64,000 nt of DNA, taken from Mobula birostris. Lineage: Eukaryota. Below, one piece after another: positions 51,309 to 63,275 of this stretch; position 1 is the stretch's first letter; each line of letters starts with the position of its first letter. The stretch covers positions 16,244,001 through 16,308,000 of the forward strand of contig NC_092400.1 in assembly GCF_030028105.1 (NCBI RefSeq). Direction: 5' to 3'. The translations under genes were made by a program, and so were the position numbers. Below the pieces are notes generated by a model that saw nothing but the letters and a program-made list of their open reading frames with translations, did not search any database and was not told where the DNA came from.

Positions 51309-51927
51309 ATGATTATGAAGACACATAGTCCTCTTTTATTGTCATTTAGTAATGCATGCATTAAGAAATGATACAATATTTCCTCCGGTGTGATATCACA
51401 AAACTCAGGACAGACCAAGACTGAAAAAAACTGACAAAACCACATAATTATAACATATAGTTACAAACAGTGCAACAATACCTTAACTTGATGAAGAAGT
51501 CCATGAGCACAGTAAAGTTCAAAGTTTCTCAAATGTCCCACATCTCACGCAGACGGGAGAAGGAAGAAAAACTCTCCCTGCCATGCCGACCACAATCCAA
51601 CTCTGAGTCATCTGAAAACTTCGAGGTCTGATAAGTTGTCCGACACCATGTACTGAGCGCCATCTCCGTCCGAACGATTCGACCTCCTTCTCAGTCGCCA
51701 AAAGCAGGCAAAGCCGGGGATTTTGAGGCCTACCCTCCCAAAGATTCCCGACCACACAGTAATGACAGCAGCGAACGGGCATTTCAGAAATTTCTCCAGA
51801 TGTTCCTCTGTGCTTTCACGTCCATTCTCCATCAAATCAGAATTGTCCATGGCCCCTATTTAACAGATACGATATCATTTTTCACCGGAGGGCTGCGCAC
51901 ACGCAGGCGCGCCGCCATCTTCTCCTC
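51309..51927 (-). mobile_element. Apparently full-length non-coding Rex1-tailed element with a 5' YY1 motif
   Basis: Minus-strand start GGAGAAGATGGCGGCGCG; 3' end aatgacaataaaagaggac...cataatcat; homolog of 28780-29430. Confidence 0.7.
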
Positions 51928-52479
51928 CCTCCCTTCTATACACCATGTTTCCTCGGAAGAGCTCCTGCCAAACTTCCCACATGGTATTTACAAACGGAAG
52001 GATGACCAAGACAGGAATCCAACTTAATGCTGTTTCATGCAATGTTCCTGGTAGTATTGAATACGTGATTTCAAGCCAACTTCATCTCTATCTTCGAATT
52101 TTCAGCCATCGGTTTTGAATTTGACTTGCAGTGGGGCTCTTGCTTTGAGGTACTTTGCTGAAGGATTTTGAGGAACAGTCATCTGTCTGAGATTTCCTGC
52201 TTGCAAGTCAGTCTTTTTGTACATGTTCAGTATTCTAGGCCACACTGAACGTACAAAACAACACACTGAAGATCATGCTGATCAATGTTCTCGGTTTTGT
52301 CGTTATTTTCATTTGTAATGATGCCAAGATATACTCTACCACAGATCCAGCGAAGGAGCAAAGTATGGGAAATTGTGAAATTGTCTATTTTGACAAAAAA
52401 TTTTGTACTGTGTACATTATCTGATATTAAGTTGAACCATTGACCATTGAAATTGTAAAAATGTGACACTGCCTAAACG

Positions 52480-53120
52480 GTGAGCGATAGCAGAGTTCTG
52501 AAATACAGAGGAGTCTGCATGACCTAGTGCACGATTCACCACAGACTGGTAAGTGATTAAGTAGGCTCACAGAACACTCTCACTTATTGTTAGGGGAAAT
52601 GAATGCTTCAGGTATATAAAGATTTGGTGAGACCACTCCTGTTAATTAATTAATGCACTACAAGAAGTTCAGCCTATGTTAACTAGACTAATATCTGGAA
52701 TAGACCAACTAAGCTTGTATCTACTGCAGTTTAGGAGAGAGAGAGAGATGGGATTTGATTGAAGCTGATCAGGTCCTGCGGAGACTTGACAGATGGATGT
52801 GGAGAGTGTGTTTCCTCCTGTGGGACAATCTTGAACCAAGATTAACTGTTTTTAAATAAGGAATCACGCAATTAAGAGAGAAATGAGAGGCTAGTGAATC
52901 TTTCTCTCAGAGGCTAGTGAGTATTTGGAGCTTTCTTCCACAAAGAGCAGTGGAAGCATAGTGTTTAAGTACATTTACGTTAATCAAAGGAGTAGAAGGT
53001 TCCCATGGATAGACATGAATATGGAGTTGAGAAAGCAGTCATATTTGTCATGATCTGATTAAATAGAAGAGCAGTTTTGGAGGGTCAAATGGCTGATACC
53101 TCCCCCAAATGTGTATGTTC
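52480..53120 (+). mobile_element. Old CR1 LINE 3' fragment
   Basis: tataaagatttggtgagacca, gatgtggagagtgtgtttcctcctgtggg, ttctctcagagg and tail. Confidence 0.65.
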
Positions 53121-53429
53121 ATGGTTATTGAATACAGTAAAGAAGAGGCTACACTTACTAAGTTTTATGATTACATCTCTGTGTTGCTAAATGTTGCCAT
53201 CTTATTTCCTAGAGAAGTGAACACACTCTGATAGTTTATGGCATGGTTATTGATTGTAAAGGGGTTGTTAATTATCTGACTCATTTTTGTCAGCTTTCTT
53301 TTGCTTAAGCTCACTTTCAGACCAGTGTAGGTCTGTCTATCTGAAGGTAAGCTGGAAAATAGAGCCAAGATGCAGGTCAGTTGAGGTTTAACTGAAAGGC
53401 TAAGCAGAGTGAGTCTAACTATCCTAAGA

Positions 53430-54490
53430 CAGAAGAGATTCTGCAGATCAACACTCAAAATGCTGGAGGAACTCAGCACATCAGGCAGCAGCACCCCTGC
53501 AGGGAAATAAGCACTTGATGTATCAGGGCGAGACCCTTCATCAAGACTGGAAAGGAAGGGGGCTGAATCCAGAATAAGAAGGTGGAAGGGTGAGCGGGAG
53601 TACAAGTTGACAAGTGATGGGGAGTTGGAAGTAGAATTAAAATAGTTCGCTTCCGGGAATCCTGGCTATTGTTGTGGACAGAGCAAAGGTGCTCAACGAA
53701 ACAGTTGCCCAATCTGCGTTGGACACACTGGGAACATTAGCTGCAACAAGTAACCCCGATAGACTTGCAGGTGAAATGTTGCCTCACCTGGAAGGGCCAT
53801 TTAAGGCTCTGAATGGTGATGGGAGAGGAGGTGTAAGGGCATTGTAACACGTGTCATGGCTATAGAGACAAGTGCCAGGAGGGAGATCTGTGGGAAGCGA
53901 TGAGTGGACATGAGGGTCTGAGGGAGTATGATCCTTGTGGAAAGCAGGGGTGGGGAAGGAATGGCGTGTATTGTGGTGGGATCCCTATGGAGATGGCAGA
54001 AGCTGCAGAGGCTGATGTTTTGGATATGAGAACGTGGAGTAGTAGGTGAGGGCAAGGGGAGCCCTATCCCTGTTATGACGAGGGAGAGATGGAGTAAAGG
54101 CAGATATGCGGGAAATAGGATATTCACACTTAATGATCCTTCCCCTCTGCCGTCAGATTTCAGAATGGACGTTGAACCCATGAACTAGTTTTACTACTTT
54201 TTTTAATTGTATCTTACTGTAATTCATCGTTTTTATTATTATATATGCACTGTACTGGTGCTGCATAACAACAAATTTCACTACAAATGCTGGTGATATT
54301 AAGCCTGATCCTGAGATGTAGGTGAGGGCAGTGTATACAGCGGTGGAAGGGAAACCCAATTTTCTGAGAAAAAAAGAGAACATTTCAGATGCTGAGGATG
54401 TTAACCCTGTGAACAGATGTGTCAAAGGCAGAGGAACTGAGAGAAGGGAATGCACTTTGCAAAGGACAGGTTAGAAAGAATTATAGTCAG
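53430..54490 (-). mobile_element. Penelope-like element (RT C-terminus, GIY-YIG remnant, UTR, tail), interrupted by a Rex1 tail at 54118-54312
   Basis: Minus-strand SEMFSFFLRKLGFPST, FQVRQHFTC, RLGNCFVEHL; degenerate hammerhead motif at about 53512-53549. Confidence 0.8.
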
Positions 54491-55080
54491 CCATATCTTA
54501 ATGTTATGGGTCGCAACTAACCCCAGAATCAGAATGGCAAGCATTGCTTTTCCTGTCTGTTCTGTATAAACTAATAGGGAATGTCTAAAGAAGCAAATGT
54601 CTAGTGTTTGACCACAAAAACTTCCCTAAGCAGTTCTCAATGATCAATGAGCACTTTTCATTATATAATCTAAAGAGATATGTTTAAAGGGGATCTGGAT
54701 AAGTAGGTGAGAGTGCAAAGAAAGATATGTCAGTGTTGAGATGTAATAAGATTTTAAGTGGAGCATAAATGCCAACTTAAAGGGATGAGTGAAATAGTCG
54801 ATTTCAATGCTGTAAATTTCTATATAATTCTATGTAAAATTAATAAGAGCTTTTATGGTGAGACTATATTATTAAATTAAATGTAAATGTGTATGTTGCA
54901 TTAAAATGAATTATATATATTTTGTCCTCAGTTGCTGTTAGAAATCCATTTCAATTCAATGATTCAAGAATAATTTATTGCTTTCTGTTTAAATTGGACA
55001 GTATCAGAGTTGAAAACTCAAATTAAATCTTGAACAAAATACGATTTTTGCTTCTATTTTGATTGTGTTTTACTTACTTT

Positions 55081-55104
55081 AGATAGATAGATAGATAGAT
55101 AGAT
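55081..55104. repeat. (AGAT)6, probably a reverse Rex1 tail
   Basis: Followed by tactttattgat, the reverse of atcaataaagta seen at 1428-1440. Confidence 0.7.
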
Positions 55105-55513
55105 ATACTTTATTGATTACTGGACTATCAACCAGTTTTTAGACAAGTGGTTAAGTGCAAAGCATCATGAAATGATACAAAAGAAAGATAGGAGATTCTT
55201 ATACATGGGTTTTGACAAAATTAAATATGGATTATCTGTAAGTAAAGAAGTGGAGGTGGTTTCGGACTCCAGAATCGGCACGTGGACTCTCAAATATGCT
55301 CATGGATGAAAGAAAAATGAAGGGCTATCTGGGAAGGAAGGGCTAGATTGATCTAGTGATAGGTTAAAAGTTGGCAAAACATCGTGGGCTGAAGAGCCTG
55401 TGTTGCTGTAACGTTCTATGCATTCAGTATGAAGGTTTTAAGTGATTACTCAACCTGATTTGCTGATGCCAAAGGAACCACTCAAAGGCCTTGTAATTTT
55501 TGAATTTTCAATT

Positions 55514-55553
55514 TTAAAAATAGGTTCAATTGTCCAATTGAACCTATTTTTAA
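55514..55553. repeat. Perfect palindrome with 19-bp arms and a 2-nt spacer
   Basis: ttaaaaataggttcaattg-tc-caattgaacctatttttaa. Confidence 0.9.
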
Positions 55554-55887
55554 TCCTGTTTTATCAAATTAGTAAAAAAAAATTCAATCTCGTGTAAATG
55601 TATTAGAGTTCAATTGTTAATCCATATATCAATTCCAGCAAGCTTTTGATGCCTGCATAATGTAATATGGATAAGAGCTTAAGATCTTGTTGGTAAGATT
55701 GCCACTGGTCTTCACTGTCTTTAACACAATGCAGTCAAATCGCAGATTTCACTACGTCTGGGGAATGTTTGTCGTATTTCCCTTAATCAATCAGAATCTA
55801 TCAAGTCCCATTGCACGAGAGCACCACTTTGTCCTGAAGCCCATCTGTGCCAGTGTTGGTCATTAGACAGACACATTTCTCCACATG

Positions 55888-56842
55888 TTCAAAGCTCAAA
55901 GTAAAATTTATTATCAGAGAATATACATGTCACCACATACAACCCTGAGATTCTTTTCCTGTGGGCATACTTTGTAAATCTATAGAGTTGTAACTGTGAA
56001 CTGTTATCAAACTATGCAAATGTAGATATAAATAAATAGCAATAAATAATGAGTATAAAATAACAATATAACAGAGTCCTTAAATGAGTGTAGCTGTCCC
56101 CTTTTGTTCAAGAACCTGATAGTTGAGAGGTAGTAACTGTTCTTGAACCTGGTGGTGCAAGTCCTGAGGCTCCTGTACCTTCTACCTGATGGCAGCAGCG
56201 AGGAAGGAGCATGGCCTGGGTGGTGAGGATCTTTGATGATGGATGCTGCTTTTCTACAGCAATGTTTCTTGTAGATGTGCTCAATGGCTGGGAGGGTTTT
56301 ACTCGTGATGTACTGGGCCGAATCCACTACTTTTTGTAGGATTTTTCACTCAAAGGCATTGGTGTTTCCATACCAGGCTGAAATGTAGCCAGTCAGCACA
56401 CTTTCCACCTCACATCTATAGAAGTTTGCCAAGGTCTGCAATGACATGCTGAACTTCTGCAGACTCTTGAAGAAGTAGAGGCGCTCCGTGCTGTCACTGC
56501 AATAATATTTATGTGATGGATCCAGGACAGGTCCTTCTAGATAGTGACACCCAGGAATTTAAAGTTACTGACCCTGTCCACCTCTGATTCTCCGAGGATT
56601 ACTGGCTCATGGACCTCTGGTTCCCCTCTCCTGAAGTCTACAATCAGTTCCTTGGTCTTATTTACACTGAGTGAGACATTGTTGTTATTACACCACTTAG
56701 CCAAGTTTTCAATCTCCCTCTTCTATGCTGATTCATCACCCCCTTTGATACGGCCCACAACAGTGGTGGCATCAACAAACTTGTAAATGGTGTCGGAGCT
56801 GTACTTAGCCACACGGTCACAGGTGTAAAGCGAGTTGAGCAA
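55888..56842 (-). mobile_element. Rex1/Babar LINE 3' fragment including the RT C-terminus
   Basis: YKFVDATTVVGRI (degenerate KFADD), NKTKELIVDFR, IIKDPHHPGH..SLLPSGRRYRS. Confidence 0.9.
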
Positions 56843-57114
56843 CTTTCTACAGATTTATAAAAGATATAGAATTTCCTCATGACTTCTCTGCAAATATATA
56901 ATCAAGCTACTGAATCAACGTGCATCCAACCAGCTATTGGACTCTGGTGTTATTTGCAGTAAGTTTTGACAGACAGAGTTATTTCTGAGAGGATAATGGA
57001 GCAATGTAAAGGATTGGCTGGTGGAGAACAGAGATGGGAAGAGGATAAGGAAGGGTAGTGCCATCTCTTCTGAAAATTCCACTTAATGACATAAATTCTA
57101 CCTCAATGTATTCT

Positions 57115-57660
57115 TCATGACCATAAGACCATTAGACGTAGGAGCAGAATTAGGCCGTCTGGCCCATCGAGTCTGCTCCACTGTTCAGTCATGGCTGATC
57201 CTTTTTCCTATCTCCACCTCAACCCAGTTCCTGGCTTTCTCCTCGTAACCTTTGATGCCATGTAAAATCAAGAACCTATCAATCTCTGCCTTAAATACAA
57301 CCTGGCCTCCACAGCTGCATGTGGCAACAAATTCCACAAATTCACCACCTTTTGGCTGAAGAAATTTCTCCGCATCTCTGTTTTGAAAGGGTGCCCCTCT
57401 ATCCTGAGGCTGTTCCCTCTTATCATAGACTCTCCCACCGTGGGAAACATCCTTTCCGCATCTACTCTGTCTAGGCCTTTCAATATTCAAAAGGTTTCAG
57501 TGAGATCCCCCCCTCATCCTTCTGAACTCCAGCAAGTACGGACCCATCAAACACTCCTCGTACGATAACGCTTTCACTCCTGGAATCATCCTTGTGAACC
57601 TCCTCTGAACCCTCTCCAATGCCAGCACATCTTTTCTAAGGTGAGGGGCCCAAAACTGAT
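57115..57660 (-). mobile_element. CR1 (HER1-like) LINE 3' fragment
   Basis: KGLDRVDAERMFP...FKTEMRRNFFSQKVVNLWNLLP. Confidence 0.9.
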
Positions 57661-57832
57661 TAGTAAACTTCTACTCCTGCATTTTGAAAACTCAAATGAT
57701 CTTTTCACTTACCTTCAAAAGCAAAAGAAGGCCATGTAGTCATGAGTGGGTACGTGTGCCCTTGTTTGCAGAGGGTGAATAAGAATGATACTGTGCCGAT
57801 GATTAAGATTGGGTGGCGTGAAGACGATCGAG

Positions 57833-58078
57833 TAGGTGCACAGTTGGCCTAACGTGGTTATCGTCAGCCTTCACGCCACTCTCTGTGAGGAGTGTGTGTG
57901 TTCTCCCTGTGACCAGCTGGGTTTCCTCACATAGTCCTAAGACTTGCTGGTTGGCAAATTAATTGGTCATTGTAATTGTCCTGTGATTAGGCTGGGGTTA
58001 AATTGGGGGACTACCGGGCAGCACAGCTCAAATGGCTGGCAGGGCCAATTCCACGCAGTGTCTCAATCAATAAATAAA
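57833..58078 (+). mobile_element. HE1/V-SINE-like SINE, degenerate
   Basis: tgttctccctgtgaccagctgggtttcc...taattggtcattgtaattgtcc...tcaataaataaa. Confidence 0.65.
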
Positions 58079-59761
58079 TGCAAATGCCATTCAGTGTTCA
58101 ACATTTTAATTGTGCACCATTCAGATTGACCTCCTCAATTTCACTACTCTACAACGCAAGAAGAAAAATAATGTACTTTCTTTAAGCTAGCCTATTGTAG
58201 CATAGCAATTTGTTCAAACTCCAAGAGGAATGGGAAGTAAAAATACAACTTTAAAACCACTTTTTTTATTGTTTTATTTTTAGCCATTGGGCCTGTGAAA
58301 CTTGAGCCTTCTCTGGGTAGATTTTAATGTGATTGGCACATCAAGGAAATGCTGTTCTGAAACCAAATTAGTTTCAATCAAAAGAGAAATTGATAACCGT
58401 GCTTTCAAACTCCATGACCCAACGTTTTGTATTTTTTTTGATTTCAGCAGCACACAAGAGAAGAATGGTCCTCTGAGGAAAAAATCAGTTTAGCCTCAAA
58501 GATTTAAGAGGCACAATTGCATTTTGCTCTAGGCTTGATTGATTATGCCTGTCCTGGCAACAAAGAAAAAGGGCCACTTTTACATTAGGTACTGCATGTG
58601 TATAAGATAAGTGATTGACGAGGGTGAGTGTCGTGTAGTGAAGAGCCATCCGTCAACACATAAACATTTCATCGCTTCACGCAGTGCCTGATCCATGTGT
58701 ACTTGTGGAAAGCTGAGGTTTTCTTGCCTTCGGGATGACTACACAGCAAAAACGAAATTTAAACAAAGAACCTTATTTTAATTGCAAATCCATGGAAATA
58801 TCCAATTTGGGGTGGGGGGAAGTGAAGTGAGTACGAGGAACAATTACTGCGGATGCAGAATATTTGGTTTTCAAATACACAGTGGCACCTCTTCAAGTAG
58901 TAGGAGCAATTTCTTTGAAATGCCTTTCCTACTAAAAATCCAGCAAAAAAAAGACGTTTCATAAGGAAAATCATATATAATTAAATAGAAATAAATTTGT
59001 TAAGCATAGTAATTCTTTGAACAATTTTCTGCCTTTTTTTTAAACTCTTGTTTTGAACTATCATTGGTCAGTTTCATCTGGCTCTCTGGAGCAGAGCTCA
59101 GTTTGCACAGGGAAATCACTGAAGTGCGCTGCCAACTACAGAAAGAGTCAAAGCAGGACTCAGCCTCATTTCAAGTTGAAGTTCAGTAGCACTACAGCAC
59201 CGCTGTTTTTGAGCTCATTAACTGCGGTTGCTCCCGGTTTCGCACGTCATGAGGCTTGCATCCTTGAAGGAGATGCTGAGCGGAGAGCAGCGTGGCTCAA
59301 AGAGATGGAGATTTAACTCGAAGGCTAGTTGTTAAAGGTGGTCCTGAACCACTGCTATTGACCATCTCACAACTGATAACAATCTTCTGCCAAGGCACCT
59401 CCAAGGCAGCCTAATGACTTCCTGACTGGCAATAAGCTGTGCCCAGGCTTCCCGAGGTCTACTATAATTAGCAGCTGTCGAAATACTCATAGCTTCTTGA
59501 CTAGGAAGCGCCAGGACTGTTTTGATGAGAATGACCAGGAGTTAATTAATTACAAGTGCATGTCACAAGGGAGAAAAGATCCTTTACGGACATCCTGATG
59601 CCATCAGACAACTCTTGATGGATGGATGGATGGAGAGAGCACAGGAGGACCAGCCACTTGCTGTTTGCAGGTCTTTTCAACATCTCAAACTGCTTTCACC
59701 AAGTCATTCTCTATTCCCATGGACTTCACGGGACAACACAAAGTCCTGTGCTGACATAACT

Positions 59762-60600
59762 CAAAAATTCAAAGTGCATTTATTATCAAAGAATGCATAA
59801 ATTATACAACCTTGCGATTTGTGTGCTTACAGGCAGTCGTAAAGCAAGGAACCTGGAAGAACCCAATTAAAAAAAAATAAGACCAACCACCCCCCCCCCA
59901 GCGCCCACAGAGAAAAAGAAAAAAAGACAAATCATGCAAACTATAGAAACGAGCAACAACAGCATTCTGAACCAAATTGAGTCCTTAGATCCAAATCCCC
60001 AGAGCAGCTCAGAGTAGGCCCGAAGCCTCGGTATTCAGTTCATCATATTATCGGGGCAAGTCACCGCAACATTCACAGACACGAAGCACAGCAGCCAGAG
60101 GCAGTGTCATGGCCTTAGCGTCATGGAGAGAGGCGCCCCTAGACTATCTGGGCCGGCGTGAAAATTGTCCAAACCTCGCAATAGGATCTGGGCCCCGCTG
60201 CAACCAATCACTCCGGGCCTAGATTTCACAGCCAGGGAAGCTGTCCTGGACCTCTCCAATATCAGCTTGGCACTTAGAGTGATCCAACCTCGCCTGACTC
60301 TCGATACCCTGCCTTTCCAGTCTATCTGGGCTGGCATTTAGATTGTCCAATCAGCTGATTGTACCTTGCATTTGGACCTGGGCCTCACCATAGCAAATCA
60401 CTCCAGGCCTAGGACATGCCACCCAGCGATTCACTTCAAACCTGGATTTTGCTGCGGAAGAAGCTGTTCTCGACCTCTCCAAATCGGCTCGGCCCTTAGA
60501 GCGATCCTCCCTCGCAGCCGGGTTAGTTGGACAGGCTTTGGATCTCCTCTGTCCTGTCTCCTCTCCAAATTGTCTTCTCCAACCAGTGTGGTCCAACTTC
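59762..60600 (-). mobile_element. Non-coding Rex1-tailed element with internal subrepeats
   Basis: Homolog of 34082-34455; ctatctggg...attgtccaa...gacctctccaa block occurs twice (about 60143-60290 and 60321-60510). Confidence 0.7.
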
Positions 60601-60986
60601 AAGTGCTACAATTCTGCACCGCACCAGCAGGACGCATCTCTCAAATTTGCTTTGCATTCACTCACCTCTTCATTGTTTGTGGTGATAGGGGACCACAGTT
60701 TACTTTTAAGAGGTGTTACTAGAAATGTTTTAAAATCGAATTGCATTGCTTTGGAACCACGTCTTCGGTAGCACCACCTAATACACACCCTTATTTCACC
60801 TCATCAGCCATTGACTCCTGTGAGAGAAGAGAGAACTCTAGCCCAATCCAGGAACAATAATTCTCGAGAGTTTCCCTCCAAACCCTGAAAATGGTTAAAA
60901 GACTTTCTGAAACCACAGTTACTGAGTTCAATGGTAAATGCTAGGGAGTGCAAATGGAGGCCAAAATCTGTGTACAATATAGGGTC

Positions 60987-61209
60987 TGATGCACTATCAA
61001 TTACTCCAAAAGACTGGAAGTAGAGTAAATACTGAAAGGCTTTTATTAACAGTAAATAGACACATGTCCATGCTGAATACCTGTGAGGAAGGAGCAGTGA
61101 CACAATCGCCTTTATTCAGGGGTCTGTGGGAGGAGCCACAGGAGCAGTCAGCAGAGGGGCGTGTCCAGACAGGTAACCCAGTTACAACCTATATACATGG
61201 TTTACTACA
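60987..61209 (-). mobile_element. Short solo LTR (223 bp, Gypsy-like)
   Basis: Minus strand TGTAGTAAACC...ATAGTGCATCA with AATAAA; imperfect 5-bp flanks gggtc/agatc. Confidence 0.65.
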
Positions 61210-61679
61210 AGATCCCAGATGCAAATCTGGGCACCTTGTAGCATTAAGTTTGTGTGGTTGTGCCCGAGCCTCCAAAAGCATAAAATGATAAGGGTATCAT
61301 GCACAGCTCTAACTGGGCCATGTATTGTCTGATCATGCACCTATGTTGAGATTTCTCATGTTCAGCTACCAGTACTCTCCGTGTCTCTATATCACTACCA
61401 ATACCATAAACCAAAAATGCTAGTAGTTTTAAGTAGCGTATCAGTGGGAGAAATTGAGTTAGTAAAGGTTCCTTTGAACTGAAACATTAGCTCTCTTCCG
61501 ATAAATGATCCTTCATCTGCAAGCTAGCTCTCTTCTCTCCCCCAGAAACAAGTTCCAGATTACTGCCAGTGTATACGTGCCATGAAAGTTAGACTCTTGC
61601 AGCAGTGGCATGGCACATTATGAACACGATTTATGTAAAGTTTACATAATTTATAAGTAACTTAAATTGACAGTATATT

Positions 61680-61964
61680 TTTATTTGAAGGTATAGTGTG
61701 GGATAGGCCCTTCCAGACCAGCGAGTCATGCGACTCAGCTATTTAACACTAGCCTAAACACAGGACAATTTACAGTGATCAATTAACCCACCAAGACGTA
61801 CGCCTTTGGCCTTGGGGGAGGGAGCGGGAGCACCTGGGGGAAATCCACCCGGTCACGGGGAGAACGTCCTAACTCTTTATCAACGGTGTCAGAATTGAAC
61901 TCGGAATTCCGATGCCCCGAGCTGTAACAGCATTGTGCACACTGCTACACTACTGTGACACCCC
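61680..61964 (-). mobile_element. HE1/V-SINE-like SINE
   Basis: Collinear with 8950-9235. Confidence 0.8.
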
Positions 61965-62077
61965 AAGGACAAAATAACAATAAACATAACATTTTTTTCA
62001 TGTTCAGAGAAACAGTCTGAACTCTTAAGAATTTCCAGAACTTTTGGATTTACAATCTCCAACCACCTTCCTCTATA

Positions 62078-62460
62078 TTTTTTTTATATACAAAACTATA
62101 AAAGTTTATTTACATCATATATACACAAGGTACAGGCATTCAATATTTACAAGGCAGTAAGTATACTCAGAATAAAATATGGTTACTACTGTCTATAAAA
62201 CAGTCAATACCCTAGGGGGGTCCACCACTCCTGGAAGTCCCCACCGTATCCATTGCGACCACGTGCTCCCTCTCCAAGGACAGCCGGGTACAAACGTATC
62301 CTCAGAAAAGGGGCAGGCAGTCGGCCTGGGCAGCGCCCGCCCTCCACTTTCCATCACATCGACCCACGAATGGCCGTCTTGGCTAGGCCCAGGAGCAAGT
62401 CCACCAGGAGATCCTCCTCACAACCCACCCCCTTCTGATCTGGGTATATGAGGAGCAAGG
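62078..62460 (-). mobile_element. Tx1/L1-clade LINE 3' end
   Basis: Minus-strand EEDLLVDLLLGLAKTAIR...ADCLPLF*GYV; aataaa signal and A-tail (T-run at 62077-85). Confidence 0.7.
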
Positions 62461-62519
62461 ACTAAAGTGCAGCCAGAACCTCAGCAGCAGCCCTTTGAGA
62501 AACTCAAAGAGGGGCTGCA

Positions 62520-63275
62520 ACCCCCCCTTCCCCTCTTCCCATTTCTGACCTTTCACTTTTCACCTGCTTATTGTTCTCCCCTGTGTGCCCTCCTCCTCCC
62601 CTTTCTTCTATGGTCCACTCTCCCTTCCTGTCAGATTCCTTCTTCTCCAACCCTTGACCTTTCCCACTTATCTCCTTCCAGTTCACCTCCTTCTCCTCCC
62701 CCACCTTTTTATCCTTGCATCTTCCCCCCTTCCTTACCAGTCCTGAAGAAGGGTCTTGGTCTGAAACATTTCAATAGGTACATTTAATATCAGAGAATGT
62801 ATACAATATACATCCTGAAATTCTTTTTCTTCACAGACATCCACAAAAAGAGGAGTGCCCCAAAGAATGAATGACAGTTAAACGTTAGAACTTCAAAGCC
62901 CTCCCACACACAAACAGCAGCAAGGCAATGCCCCCACCCCCAACCAGCAAAAAAGCATCAGCACCCTTCACTGAGCACTCAAGCATGCAGCAAAGCATCA
63001 ATAAAGACATGGACTTGCAGTACCCCAAAAATTACTTGCTCATCCGGTAATTCGACAAACCTCTCCCCCACCCCCGCAATAAAGGAGAAAGAGATGTCCC
63101 CGTTTCACAGCAAGAGGGGAGATATTGCAAACAACTCACTGCTTTACAATGTTAAAAGTCTGTTTACATCAACTGTTTACTCTTTTCCATAGATGCTGCC
63201 TGATCTGCTAAGTTCCCCCAGCATTTTGTGTGCGTTGCTTTGGATTTCCAGCATCTGTGGAATTTCTCATGTGTG
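62520..63275 (+). mobile_element. Penelope tail split inside its hammerhead motif by a minus-strand Rex1-tailed element (about 62770-63165)
   Basis: cagtcctgaagaagggtcttggtctgaaacat | insert | acatcaactgtttactcttttccatagatgctgcc. Confidence 0.75.
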
